A stretch of DNA of 64,000 nt from positions 224,001-288,000 of the forward strand of contig CAVZZO010000001.1 in NCBI GenBank assembly GCA_963779755.1. Direction: 5' to 3'. This stretch comes from an uncultured Gemmatimonadales bacterium (GTDB taxonomy: Bacteria > Gemmatimonadota > Gemmatimonadetes > Gemmatimonadales > GWC2-71-9). This document shows, piece by piece, positions 38,369 to 48,411 of this stretch (its first letter is position 1; each line of letters opens with the position of its first letter). Under the pieces are notes generated by a model that saw nothing but the letters and a program-made list of their open reading frames with translations, was not told where the DNA came from and did not search any database. A program made the translations under genes and the position numbers.

Positions 38369-39682
38369 ATGCAGGAAACCGCCCTCACGCCGGTCGAGCT
38401 GTCGGACGCCTGGTCGATACTCTCCCTGGAAGAGCGGCTCGAAGGCTTCCGGCTGCTCCAGCCGGATGACGCCGAGGAGTTCTTCGACGGCCTGAGTGCC
38501 CGCGACCAGGCCGAGCTGATTCTCGCCTTCCCGGCCTCGGAGCACCGCCGCTGGATGCGCATGCTCCCTCCGGACGACGCCGCCGACGTACTGCAGGCGG
38601 CGCCGGAAGAGGAGCGGGGGCGGCTGCTGTCGCTGATCGACGACGGCACCCGCCGCGAAGTCACCGCCCTGCTGGCCTACGCCGAAGACGAAGCCGGAGG
38701 CCTCATGAGCCCCCGGTTTGCGCGGGTGCGGCCGGACATGAGCGTGGACGAGGCGCTGCTCTATCTCCGCAAGCAGGCCGTCCAGCCCGACCAGACCCTC
38801 TATTACGCCTATGTGCTGGACGCGGAACAGCGGCTGCTCGGCGTCATTTCGGTGCGGGGCCTGTTTACCGCCCCCCCGGGCAGGCTGGTGCGGGACACCA
38901 TGGCATCCCCGCCGATCGCGGTGAGCGAGGAAATGGACCAGGAGGCGGTCGCCCGGGTCTTCGCGGAGCACGACCTGCTGGCGGTACCGGTGGTAGACGG
39001 CTACGGCCGCATGAAGGGTGTCGTCACGGTAGACGACATCGTCGAGGTGGTGGAGGAGGAAGCGACCGAGGACATCCAGAAGATCGGCGGCTCGGAAGCG
39101 CTGGATGCGCCCTACCTGCAGGTGGGGCTGGGCGCGATGATCCGCAAGCGGGCCGGCTGGCTGGCGGCGCTCTTTCTGGGCGAAATGCTGACCGCCACGG
39201 CCATGGGGTTCTATCAGCGGGAGATCGCCCAGGCGGTGGTGCTGGCGCTGTTCGTGCCGCTCATCATCAGCAGCGGCGGCAATTCCGGCTCGCAGGCTAC
39301 CACGCTGGTCATCCGCGCCATTGCGCTGCGGGAAGTCCGGCTGCCGGACTGGTGGCGCGTCATGCGCCGCGAGCTGGCAGCCGGCCTCAGTCTGGGGCTT
39401 ATCCTCGCGGCTATCGGCCTGGTTCGCATCCTGGTCTGGCAGGGGGTCGGGGACGCCTATGGGCCGCATTACCTTGCGATTGCGCTGACGGTGGCCATCA
39501 GCCTGGTGGGCGTGGTTCTCTGGGGCACCCTCGCCGGTTCGATGCTGCCGTTCGTGCTGAGGCGCCTCGGGTTCGACCCGGCCAGCGCCTCCGCCCCGTT
39601 CGTCGCCACGGTGGTCGACGTCACCGGACTGGTGATCTACTTCTCCGTGGCCAGCATCATCCTGCACGGTACCCTGCTCTGA
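38369..39682 (+). CDS. mgtE: Magnesium transporter
   Basis: DDAAD, AGGLM, CBS pair, GGNSGSQA, DPASASAPFVATVVDV. Confidence 0.95.
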   Translation: MQETALTPVELSDAWSILSLEERLEGFRLLQPDDAEEFFDGLSARDQAELILAFPASEHRRWMRMLPPDDAADVLQAAPEEERGRLLSLIDDGTRREVTALLAYAEDEAGGLMSPRFARVRPDMSVDEALLYLRKQAVQPDQTLYYAYVLDAEQRLLGVISVRGLFTAPPGRLVRDTMASPPIAVSEEMDQEAVARVFAEHDLLAVPVVDGYGRMKGVVTVDDIVEVVEEEATEDIQKIGGSEALDAPYLQVGLGAMIRKRAGWLAALFLGEMLTATAMGFYQREIAQAVVLALFVPLIISSGGNSGSQATTLVIRAIALREVRLPDWWRVMRRELAAGLSLGLILAAIGLVRILVWQGVGDAYGPHYLAIALTVAISLVGVVLWGTLAGSMLPFVLRRLGFDPASASAPFVATVVDVTGLVIYFSVASIILHGTLL

Positions 39683-39695
39683 CACCCGGGAGGGA

Positions 39696-40733
39696 ATGAC
39701 CAGAAGCCGCGCGCGATCCTACCCCTGGGCCCGCTGGCCCACCGAACGCCTGCTCCAGCTCCGGATGAAGGACCTGGGGCTCACCCTGGCGGGGACCTGG
39801 GTGGAAGACTGTCTCCATCAGCTCTCCGACGAGTTCGCGCTCCGCGGCCTCCGCATGCGGCCGCACGTCTGGCTTTCCGACGAATGGTTCAGCCCGGCCG
39901 ACACGCCCGGCTTCGCGGTGCCGTTCTACCTGGCGCACCCCCGGCTGATGCGTATTGAGCGCAACCGCATGCTGGAAGTTGAGGGGGGCAGCCGGCGCGA
40001 ATGCCTCCGCATCATGCGGCACGAGGCCGGCCACGCGCTGCAGCACGCCTACCAGCTGCACCGGCGGCGGCGCTGGCAGCGGCTCTTCGGCCCCAGCTCC
40101 AGGCGCTATCCCGAGTACTACCGGCCCAACCCGGCGAGCCGGCGCTATGTCCAGCACCTGCGGCTCTGGTACGCGCAGAGCCATCCGGACGAGGACTTCG
40201 CCGAGACCTTTGCGGTCTGGCTCCGGCCCCGCTCCGACTGGCGCAAGCGCTACGCCGGCTGGCCCGCGCTGCGGAAGCTGGAGTACGTGGACCAGCTGAT
40301 GGGAGAGATCGCCCGCGTGCCGATGGCGGTGCGCACCCGGCGGCGCGTCGATCCGGTCTCCCGGCTCACCAAGACGCTGGGCGAACACTATGCCGAGCGC
40401 CAGGCGCGCTACGCCCGGGAGTTTCCGGAGACCTGGGATCGGGACCTGCGCCGGCTCTTCAGCGATGCGCCGCGCCACCGCCATCACGAGGCGGCCAGTG
40501 CGTTCCTGCGTCGCAACCGGGGCGAGATCCGGCGCATGGTGGCCGACTGGACGGGGGAATACCAGTTCACCCTGGATGCCGTGCTCAGCGACATGATCGG
40601 GCGCTGCCGCGAGTTGCGCCTCCGCGCCGTCGGCCCCGAGCGGCAGCTGCAGGTAGACTTCGCCATCGTCCTCACCGTCAATACCATGCACGTGCTCTAC
40701 AGCCGCGGGTTCCGGGACTGGATCGCCCTGTGA
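39696..40733 (+). CDS. Putative zinc-binding metallopeptidase (zincin)
   Basis: RHEAGH (HExxH) plus YAQSHPDEDFAETFAVW. Confidence 0.82.
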   Translation: MTRSRARSYPWARWPTERLLQLRMKDLGLTLAGTWVEDCLHQLSDEFALRGLRMRPHVWLSDEWFSPADTPGFAVPFYLAHPRLMRIERNRMLEVEGGSRRECLRIMRHEAGHALQHAYQLHRRRRWQRLFGPSSRRYPEYYRPNPASRRYVQHLRLWYAQSHPDEDFAETFAVWLRPRSDWRKRYAGWPALRKLEYVDQLMGEIARVPMAVRTRRRVDPVSRLTKTLGEHYAERQARYAREFPETWDRDLRRLFSDAPRHRHHEAASAFLRRNRGEIRRMVADWTGEYQFTLDAVLSDMIGRCRELRLRAVGPERQLQVDFAIVLTVNTMHVLYSRGFRDWIAL

Positions 40734-41737
40734 CACGGCGTCTCCGCGTCCTGGTCCTGACCCACCCGGATTACCTCCCCCCCGCACCGCTGGAGGACCT
40801 GGACGCCCGGGCCCGGCACCACTGCAAGACGGAAGTCGATCTGCTGACCCACCTGGGGGCGTTGGGCCACGAGGTCCGGCTGCTGGGAGTGGCCATGGAG
40901 CTGCTCCCCATCCGCGCCGCGCTGGAGGAGTGGCAGCCGCATATCGTGTTCAACCTGCTGGAGGAGTTCCACGGCGAGGCGATGTACGATCAGAACGTCG
41001 TGGCCTACCTGGAGCTGCTCCGGGCCCATTATACCGGCTGCAATCCCCGGGGCCTCACCCTCGCGCGGGGCAAGGCGCTGTCCAAGAAGCTGCTCTCCTA
41101 CCACCGGATCCGGGTACCGGAGTTTGCCGTCTTTCCCATGCACCGGAAAGTGCGCCGTCCATCCCGGCTCCAGTTTCCCCTCATCGTGAAGAGCCTGGTC
41201 GAGCACGCATCGCTGGGTATCGCCCGGGCGTCGCTGGTGGAGTCCGATGAAAAGCTGGCCGAACGCGTAACCTTCGTGCACCAGCGGCTGCATACCGACG
41301 CGATCGCGGAGCAATACATCGAGGGGCGCGAGCTCTATGCCGGCGTCCTGGGCAACGAGCGGCTGCAGGTCTTCCCCACCTGGGAGCTGACCTTCGACAA
41401 CCTCCCCGCCGACGCACCCCGGATCGCCACAGCGCGGGTGAAGCACGATCCGGATTACCAGGAGAAGCGCGGCATCTTCCAGCAGCCGGCGGATCTGGAG
41501 GATGAGGCGGAGGCCCACGTCGCCCGGACCAGCAAGCGGATCTACCGCATCCTGGAGCTGGACGGCTACGCCCGTATCGACTATCGGCTGACCCCGGACG
41601 GCCGGCTCTACTTCCTGGAAGCCAACCCCAATCCCGAGCTGGCGGAGCTCGAGGAGTTCAGCTCGGCGGCCCTGCACGCCGGGGTCGCCTACCCCCAACT
41701 CCTGCAGCGCATCATCAACCTCGGGTTGAGACGGTAA
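40730..41737 (+). CDS. D-Ala-D-Ala ligase-like ATP-grasp protein
   Basis: FNLLEE, YTG, PLIVK, SLGI, EQYIEGREL, GYARIDYR, LEANPNP. Confidence 0.85.
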   Translation: MTRRLRVLVLTHPDYLPPAPLEDLDARARHHCKTEVDLLTHLGALGHEVRLLGVAMELLPIRAALEEWQPHIVFNLLEEFHGEAMYDQNVVAYLELLRAHYTGCNPRGLTLARGKALSKKLLSYHRIRVPEFAVFPMHRKVRRPSRLQFPLIVKSLVEHASLGIARASLVESDEKLAERVTFVHQRLHTDAIAEQYIEGRELYAGVLGNERLQVFPTWELTFDNLPADAPRIATARVKHDPDYQEKRGIFQQPADLEDEAEAHVARTSKRIYRILELDGYARIDYRLTPDGRLYFLEANPNPELAELEEFSSAALHAGVAYPQLLQRIINLGLRR

Positions 41738-41842
41738 GCTGCGTCCTCAGCCCTCATTCCTCGGTCCCCGGTGCTTGCAACGGCTTGCCTTTCCCCCCGC
41801 GCTGGCGCAACTATTCCCTGTTCTCTGATCTGAGAGCTCTCC

Positions 41843-42814
41843 TTGTACCGTACCATCCTGCTGCCGCTCGACGGTTCCCGCTTTGCCGAGCAGTCCCTGC
41901 CGGCCGCCCGGGCCATCGCCCGCCGGACCGGCGCCGAGTTGCGTCTCGCCGTGGTCCACCAGCCCCTGCCCGCGTGGGCGCAGCGGGCGGTGCCCGAGGG
42001 AGCCGAGGCGCAGGCGCGGGAGTCGGAGCAGGCCTACCTGGCCGGCGTGGAGGACGACCTCCGCAAGGAGGGAATCACCCGGGTCGGAACGGTCCTGTTG
42101 CAGAGTCCCCCGGGTCATGGATTCGCCGAATCGGCCGTGCGGCAAGGCTTCACCAGCCACCTGCTGAACCGGCCCACCGGCCAGGCCCTGTCGGAATACG
42201 TGCAGTCCGCCAGAATCGACCTGGTCATCATGGCCACGCACGGCCGCGGGGCCATGAGCCGGTTCTGGCTGGGAAGCGTGGCGGACTACCTGCTGCGGCA
42301 TCTGGAGATTCCGCTGCTGCTCATCCGGCCGGTCGAGGGCCGGCCCCTGCCGTCGTTCGAGCCGCATCGGGTTCTGATCCCGGTCGACCGGTCCGAATCT
42401 TCCCTGCACGCGGTGGATGCCGCCCGGCGTCTGGGCGGTGAGATATCGGTGGAGATCGTCCATGTGGTCGAATCGGTAATCCCGGTGGGCGGGGCCGGAA
42501 TTTTCTATCCGGCGGGGACCGACCTGCAGCTCAACGAGCAGATCCAGCAGGACGCGCAGGTCTTCCTGGACCGAACCGTGGCCGGCTTCCGGCAGCAGGG
42601 GCTGAAGGTCGAGGGCCGTGCCGTCCCGGGGGCCGACGCGGCCCGTACCCTCCTCGACCTGCTGGAGCAGGACGGGTTCGACCTCATCGCCATGACCACC
42701 CATGGCGAGGGCGGCCTGCGCCCCTTCCTGCTGGGCAGCGTTACCGACAAGATCATTCGCGGCTCGGGCGTGCCGGTGCTGGTCTGGCGTCCGCCACCGC
42801 CGCCGGAAGCCTGA
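41843..42814 (+). CDS. Tandem-domain universal stress protein
   Basis: ILLPLDGS; two DL(V/I)xMxTHG..G...LGSV motifs. Confidence 0.9.
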   Translation: MYRTILLPLDGSRFAEQSLPAARAIARRTGAELRLAVVHQPLPAWAQRAVPEGAEAQARESEQAYLAGVEDDLRKEGITRVGTVLLQSPPGHGFAESAVRQGFTSHLLNRPTGQALSEYVQSARIDLVIMATHGRGAMSRFWLGSVADYLLRHLEIPLLLIRPVEGRPLPSFEPHRVLIPVDRSESSLHAVDAARRLGGEISVEIVHVVESVIPVGGAGIFYPAGTDLQLNEQIQQDAQVFLDRTVAGFRQQGLKVEGRAVPGADAARTLLDLLEQDGFDLIAMTTHGEGGLRPFLLGSVTDKIIRGSGVPVLVWRPPPPPEA

Positions 42815-42858
42815 GGTTCGCCCCGACCCGTCCCCGCCCCCCTCACCGGGAGTCTGCC

Positions 42859-44151
42859 ATGTCCAGCCGCCGTGCGTTCGTCGCGTCGCTCTCCGGAGCG
42901 ATGGCGGCGCTGCCCGCGTTCCGCGGGCGCCCCATTCTCCAGCTCATCCGCGCCCGGGACATCGCCGGCGGGCGCTCTCCCCAGGCCGTGGCGGAGGACG
43001 AGACTTACTGGGCCGAGATCCAGCGCGCTTTCGACGCCGACCGCACGCTGATCAACCTGAACAACGGCGGCTGCTGCCCCGCGCCGACGCACGTGCTGGA
43101 GCAGATGATTCGCGACCTGCGCTTCAGCAACGAAATCCCGGTGGACCACATGTGGCGGGTCCTGGAGCCGCGGATCGAAAGCGTCCGCCGGGACCTGGCG
43201 GCGGAGTTCGGCTGCGATCCCGAGGAGATGGCGATCACCCGCAACGCGTCGGAATCGCTGGAGAACATGATCCTGGGGCTCGACCTCAAGCCGGGGGACG
43301 AGGTCATCACCACCAACCAGAACTACCCCCGGATGATTACCACCTGGCAGCAGCGGGTCCGGCGCGAGGGCATCGTCCTGAAGCAGGTTTCCTTCAAGGT
43401 CCCGCCGCCGTCGATGGACTACATCGTGGACCAATACCAGGCGGCGATCACCCCGCGCACCCGGGTGATCGAAGTCGTTCACATCACCAATCTGTCGGGC
43501 CAGATCATGCCGGTACGCCAGCTGATGGACCTGGCACGGCCCCGAGGCATCGAAGTCTTCGTGGACGGCGCCCACGCCTTCGCCCATTTCCCCTTCACCC
43601 GCGACCAGCTGGACTGCGATTTCTACGGCACCAGCCTGCACAAGTGGATGCTGGCGCCGATCGGGACGGGGTTCCTCTATGTCCGCAAGGAAAAGCAGAA
43701 AAAGCTCTGGCCCATGATGGCGGCGCCGGAGTCGATGGACGACAATATCCGGAAATACGAGGAGATCGGGACGCACCCGGCCGCCAACCACAACGCCGTC
43801 GCGGCGGCCATCGCCTTCCACCGCGGGATCGGCGCCGACCGGAAGATCGCCCGGCTGCGTTACCTGCGCGACCGCTGGGCCAAGCGGTTGCTGGCGGCGA
43901 GCCCGCGGGTGAAGATCCTCACGCCGCTGGACAGTCCCTACGGGGGCGGCATCGGCCTGCTTCACATCGACGGCATCGAGGCGCCCAAGCTGGGCACCTG
44001 GCTCTACAACAACGACCATATCGTCACCACGCCGATCGTCCACCCGGAGTTCGAGGGCCTGCGGGTTACCCCGAATGTCTATACCACTCTGGAGGAGGTG
44101 GACCTCTTTACCGACCGGGTCCAGAAAGCGATCAAGCAGGGGATGGCGTGA
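42859..44151 (+). CDS. Tat-exported class V PLP-dependent aminotransferase (cysteine lyase/IPN epimerase-like)
   Basis: SRRAF signal; NLNNGG, VDGAH, SLHKW (PLP lysine), GTGFLY. Confidence 0.85.
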   Translation: MSSRRAFVASLSGAMAALPAFRGRPILQLIRARDIAGGRSPQAVAEDETYWAEIQRAFDADRTLINLNNGGCCPAPTHVLEQMIRDLRFSNEIPVDHMWRVLEPRIESVRRDLAAEFGCDPEEMAITRNASESLENMILGLDLKPGDEVITTNQNYPRMITTWQQRVRREGIVLKQVSFKVPPPSMDYIVDQYQAAITPRTRVIEVVHITNLSGQIMPVRQLMDLARPRGIEVFVDGAHAFAHFPFTRDQLDCDFYGTSLHKWMLAPIGTGFLYVRKEKQKKLWPMMAAPESMDDNIRKYEEIGTHPAANHNAVAAAIAFHRGIGADRKIARLRYLRDRWAKRLLAASPRVKILTPLDSPYGGGIGLLHIDGIEAPKLGTWLYNNDHIVTTPIVHPEFEGLRVTPNVYTTLEEVDLFTDRVQKAIKQGMA

Positions 44152-45143
44152 CGCACGAAGGACGGGAAGAGGGAAAAGGGAAAAGGGAACGGGCCGGTTG
44201 CCGTGTCCCCTTTCCCCTTTCCCCCCATCTCCTGGCCGTCCTGCTCTTCCTGGCCGCCTGTCACCCCGTCGCCCGGCCAGCCCCCGCCACGGGCCAGGAT
44301 CCGGTCCTCCAGCGCCGCCTGGAGGATGCCGTCCGCGGCTTCGACGGCGACGTGGGGGTCTACGCGCGGAACCTGCGCACCGGCCAGACCGCCGCCATCC
44401 GCGCCGACGAGCTGTTCCCCACCGCCAGCATGATCAAGCTTCCGATTCTGGTAACCCTCTTCGATTCGCTGGCTCACGGCAGCCTCGGCTACCACGACAC
44501 GCTGATCTACCGGGATTCGCTGCGCTATCCCGGCGATGACATTCTGGGCTCTTTCCGCGACAGCACCCCGGTCGAGCGGAACCGGGTGGTCATGCTGATG
44601 ATCACCATGAGCGACAATACCGCCGCACTCTGGCTCCAGTCCCTGGCCGGAGGCGGCATCGCCATCAATCGCTGGCTGGCCGATCACGGCTTCGATTCCA
44701 CCCGGATGAACTCCCGCACGCCTGGACGGCACGGCGACTGGGAAAAGTACGGCTGGGGCCAGACCACGCCGCGCGAGATTGCCCGGTTACTGGTCATGAT
44801 CCGGCAGGAGCGGGCCGTAAGCCCGGCCGCCAGCCAGCAGATGTATCGTGCCCTGACCCGCATCTACTGGAACGGCGAGGCCCTGTCGCAGCTGCCCCCC
44901 TGGGTGCAGGCCGCGTCCAAGCAGGGAGCCGTCGACCGGGCTCGCTCCGAAGTCGTGCTGGTGAACGCTCCCTCCGGCGACTATGTCTTCTCCGTTCTCA
45001 CCAGGAACCAGCAGGATTCGACCTGGACCCCGGACAACGCCGGCTGGGTCCTGATCCGGAAGGTCTCCGCCCTGCTCTGGCGCTACTTCGAGCCGGACCA
45101 CCCCTGGACGCCGGCGCGGGGGGCCGGGCAATACGCTCCCTAG
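44148..45143 (+). CDS. Class A beta-lactamase-like serine hydrolase lipoprotein
   Basis: FPTASMIK, SDN, TTP, KQG; lipobox LAAC; GTG overlaps the upstream stop; start uncertain. Confidence 0.82.
   Translation: MTHEGREEGKGKRERAGCRVPFPLSPHLLAVLLFLAACHPVARPAPATGQDPVLQRRLEDAVRGFDGDVGVYARNLRTGQTAAIRADELFPTASMIKLPILVTLFDSLAHGSLGYHDTLIYRDSLRYPGDDILGSFRDSTPVERNRVVMLMITMSDNTAALWLQSLAGGGIAINRWLADHGFDSTRMNSRTPGRHGDWEKYGWGQTTPREIARLLVMIRQERAVSPAASQQMYRALTRIYWNGEALSQLPPWVQAASKQGAVDRARSEVVLVNAPSGDYVFSVLTRNQQDSTWTPDNAGWVLIRKVSALLWRYFEPDHPWTPARGAGQYAP
44164..44224. repeat. Heptamer GGGAAAA / TCCCCTT inverted repeat
   Basis: GGGAAGA GGGAAAA GGGAAAA GGGAAC ... TCCCCTT TCCCCTT TCCCC. Confidence 0.8.
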
Positions 45144-45170
45144 CGGACCCGCAGAGCCGGATGTCACCTG

Positions 45171-45198
45171 TTCCCACTTCCCCTTTCCCCGTTCCCCG
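45171..45198. repeat. Heptamer TTCCCCN x4
   Basis: TTCCCAC TTCCCCT TTCCCCG TTCCCCG. Confidence 0.7.
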
Positions 45199-45202
45199 AG
45201 CC

Positions 45203-47464
45203 ATGTCTTCATACCGCCTTGCCACCGTCGCCGCTCTGATCCTGCTGGTGCTGCCTGTGCCGCGCCGCGCCGATATCCCCGGCTTCTCTGCCGCCGCCGC
45301 TCGGGCGGAAGACCAGTGGGAGGCCCGGTTCCGCGCCATCCCCAGCCCCGATTCGTTGCGGGAGCACATGCGGGTGCTCTCGGCTCGCCCGCACCACGTG
45401 GGCTCGGTCTATGACAGCATCAATGCCGAATGGATCCTGCAGCGCTTCCGCGACTGGGGACTGGACGCCCACATCGAGACCTTCCAGGTGCTTTTCCCCA
45501 CGCCGAAGGAACGGATCCTCGAGCTGGTGACGCCCAGCCGCTTCAAGGCGTCGCTGCGGGAGCCCGCGGTCGCGGGCGATCCCACTTCGGCGCAACAGGC
45601 GGAGCAGCTCCCCACCTATAACGCCTACTCGGCCGACGGCGACGTCACGGCACCGCTGGTCTTCGTCAACTACGGCATCCCGCAGGACTACGACCGGCTG
45701 GAGCGGCTGGGGATCTCGGTGAAGGGGGCGATCGTCATCGCCAAGTACGGCCGTTCCTGGCGGGGCATCAAGCCCAAGCTGGCCCAGGAGCACGGCGCGG
45801 TGGGGTGCATCATCTATTCCGATCCGCAGGACGACGGCTACCACGGCGGCGAGACTTATCCCGAGGGGCCGTGGCGGCCGGCGCAGGGCGTGCAACGCGG
45901 CAGCGTGGCCGACATGCCGCTCTTCTCCGGCGATCCGCTGACGCCCGGCGTGGGCGCCACGGCCGGCGCGAAGCGCCTGCCGCGCAGCGAGTCGCCGCTG
46001 CTCATGAAGATCCCGGTGCTGCCCATCTCCTATGCCGATGCGAAGCCCCTGCTGGCTGCCATCAGCGGCGATGTCGCGCCGCGCGACTGGCAGGGCGGGC
46101 TGCCCATTACCTATCACATCGGCCCCGGCGCCGCCCGCGTCCATCTCAAGCTGGCCTTCGACTGGAGCCTCAAGCCCATCCGCGACGTCATCGCCCGGAT
46201 TCCCGGCACCGGGGCGGCCGACGAATGGATCGTGCGCGGCAACCATCATGACGCCTGGGTCAACGGCGCCGACGACCCGATCTCCGGCCAGGTGGCCCTG
46301 CTGGAGGAGGCGCGGGGACTGGCGACCCTGCTCAAGGCCGGCTGGAAGCCGAAGCGTACCATCATCTACGCCGCCTGGGACGGCGAAGAGCCCGGCCTGC
46401 TCGGCTCAACCGAATGGGTCGAGACCCATGCCGATGAGCTGCAGGCCCATGCGGTGGCCTATTTCAACACGGACGGGAACGGACGGGGCTACCTCGGGAT
46501 GGGCGCTTCCCATTCCCTGCAGGCGTTCCTGAACGACGTCGCCCGCGACATTACCGATCCCGAAACCGGGCTACCGGTGTGGAAGCGCGCGCAGCTGCGC
46601 CGGATTCGGAGCGCCCGCTCCGATAAGGACCGTGCCGAGCTGCGGGCCAGCCGGGAGCTCAAAGTGGGGGCCCTGGGATCGGGGTCCGATTACACCCCCT
46701 TCCTCCAGCATCTCGGCATTGCCTCCGCCGACCTGGGCTATGGGGGTGAAGACGGCGGCGGCATCTATCACTCGATCTACGATGACTTTCACTGGTACAC
46801 TACCTACAGCGACACCGCCTTCGTCTATGGCCGGGCCCTGGCCCAGACGGTCGGCACGGCCGTCATGCGCATGGCGGACGCCGACCTGCTTCCCTTCGAC
46901 TTCACCGCCCAGGCCGACACCTATCGCGAGTATCTGAAGGAGCTTCAGGACCTGGCCCAGCATCAGCGGGACAGCCTGGAGGAGCAGAACCGGCAGGTCG
47001 CCGAGGGGGTATTCACCGCCACCAACGACCCCCGGCACCCGGAAGTGGCGCCGGACAGCGAGGCGGTGCCGGCCCATTTCAACTTCGCGCCGCTGGAGAA
47101 TGCCATCGACCGGCTCCAGCAGAGCGCCCACCGCTATCATGCGGCGGTGCAGGCGGCACAGGCTGACAGCGTGCTGGAGCGGGGGGCCGTCGGGCAGGTC
47201 AACGACCTGCTGCGCCAGACGGAACAGGCCCTGGCCCGCGGCCCGGGCCTGCCGGGCCGCCCCTGGTTCCGGCATCTGATCTACGCCCCCGGTTTCTATA
47301 CCGGCTACGGGGTCAAGACGATTCCGGGAGTCCGCGAGGCCATCGAGCAGAAGCAATGGGATCTGATCGACCCGCAGATGAAAGCCGTTTCAGATGCCAT
47401 CAGCACCGAAGCGGAACTGATCGACCGGGCAGCCGCAAGGCTGGAAGCCCTGGAACAGGGGTAA
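45203..47464 (+). CDS. M28 glutamate carboxypeptidase II-like peptidase (PA and TfR dimerisation domains)
   Basis: FVNYG, QRGSV, GDPLTPG, GNHHDAW, GADD, WDGEE, GSGSDY, YHSIYD, RHLIYAPG; ATG 45161 is an alternative start. Confidence 0.9.
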   Translation: MSSYRLATVAALILLVLPVPRRADIPGFSAAAARAEDQWEARFRAIPSPDSLREHMRVLSARPHHVGSVYDSINAEWILQRFRDWGLDAHIETFQVLFPTPKERILELVTPSRFKASLREPAVAGDPTSAQQAEQLPTYNAYSADGDVTAPLVFVNYGIPQDYDRLERLGISVKGAIVIAKYGRSWRGIKPKLAQEHGAVGCIIYSDPQDDGYHGGETYPEGPWRPAQGVQRGSVADMPLFSGDPLTPGVGATAGAKRLPRSESPLLMKIPVLPISYADAKPLLAAISGDVAPRDWQGGLPITYHIGPGAARVHLKLAFDWSLKPIRDVIARIPGTGAADEWIVRGNHHDAWVNGADDPISGQVALLEEARGLATLLKAGWKPKRTIIYAAWDGEEPGLLGSTEWVETHADELQAHAVAYFNTDGNGRGYLGMGASHSLQAFLNDVARDITDPETGLPVWKRAQLRRIRSARSDKDRAELRASRELKVGALGSGSDYTPFLQHLGIASADLGYGGEDGGGIYHSIYDDFHWYTTYSDTAFVYGRALAQTVGTAVMRMADADLLPFDFTAQADTYREYLKELQDLAQHQRDSLEEQNRQVAEGVFTATNDPRHPEVAPDSEAVPAHFNFAPLENAIDRLQQSAHRYHAAVQAAQADSVLERGAVGQVNDLLRQTEQALARGPGLPGRPWFRHLIYAPGFYTGYGVKTIPGVREAIEQKQWDLIDPQMKAVSDAISTEAELIDRAAARLEALEQG

Positions 47465-47486
47465 CCCACAGGGAGGCGATCAGCCC

Positions 47487-47984
47487 CTAGCGCCGGCCGC
47501 CGGATTGGCCGACCGCCAGGCCGCCCACTCCAAGGGCGGCCTGGTAGCGGCCCAGAATGTAAGTCCAGCCCTCGGGGGCCTCGAGCGCCCGGCGATAGGT
47601 CTCGCCGTCTTCGCCGTGGCGCTCGAACCCCCGGTGTTCGAATTCCACCCTGCTGGTCGTGGGTGACTCCTCCGCAAACCTGACCTCCACATCGCTCGAG
47701 CTGACCGGATTGGGGACCGGCTCGCGATGGGGCCCGATCTGCCAGGTGAAGATCAGCCGGCTGGGACGTTCCAGCACCAGCACGCGGCCCCAGTCGCAAC
47801 GGAAGCCGAACGGCCCCACCTCGTGGCACATCCCGTCCACCCGGTGCTCGATGCCGATATGGACCAGCCGGTTGCCCGACCAGGTGTATTCCCTGGGCCA
47901 CCAGCGGTCCAGATCCATGAACGTGTCGAACGCCTCAGACGCCGGAACCGGGAGGCTGAACGAGCGGGTGATGGCGTTCTTCAT
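47487..47984 (-). CDS. SRPBCC/AHSA1 family protein
   Basis: WWP, WGRVL..E.P.RL.FTW, VEVRF, T.V.FEHRGFE, GW. Confidence 0.82.
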   Translation of the reverse strand: MKNAITRSFSLPVPASEAFDTFMDLDRWWPREYTWSGNRLVHIGIEHRVDGMCHEVGPFGFRCDWGRVLVLERPSRLIFTWQIGPHREPVPNPVSSSDVEVRFAEESPTTSRVEFEHRGFERHGEDGETYRRALEAPEGWTYILGRYQAALGVGGLAVGQSGGRR

Positions 47985-48084
47985 GTCGGTGATTCTCCCT
48001 GATTCGCCGGGCGCGGGAACCAGCAGGAGAATGGCGGCTGCCGTGTGCCCGCGCGGTGCGGTGCCTCACAGGACCGGCGGGCGG

Positions 48085-48411
48085 TCAGGCGGGCAGGCGG
48101 TCGCTGTGCTCCAGCACCTCAAAGTGCGATGAGCGGGCATCGAACCGCGCCAGCAGCTTGCGGGCTGCCTCCGGCACCACCGCCGTCTCGTAATCCGCGC
48201 CGGCAAACGCCCGCACGGCGTCCATGGAATCGAGAAACATGACGGTCACGAATTCCACCTCGCCGCCTGCCTCGCGCCGGTAGAGATGGTGGCCGCGGTA
48301 GCCTGCGATGCCGCGGGCGGCGATCCCCGGCAGGATGGTGCCCCGGAGCAGGCGCTCGTACGCATCGGCGTTCTGCGGTGTGGTCCAGCCGTGCCAGACT
48401 CTGCTGATCAT
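48085..48411 (-). CDS. ABM-like dimeric alpha-beta barrel protein
   Basis: ISRVWHG, EF.TV, AVRAFAG.DYE.AVVP. Confidence 0.78.
   Translation of the reverse strand: MISRVWHGWTTPQNADAYERLLRGTILPGIAARGIAGYRGHHLYRREAGGEVEFVTVMFLDSMDAVRAFAGADYETAVVPEAARKLLARFDARSSHFEVLEHSDRLPA

Noticed and set aside
40730..41737. Calling the ATP-grasp gene ddl
   Set aside because: It lacks the N-terminal GGxSxE motif and cell-wall gene context.
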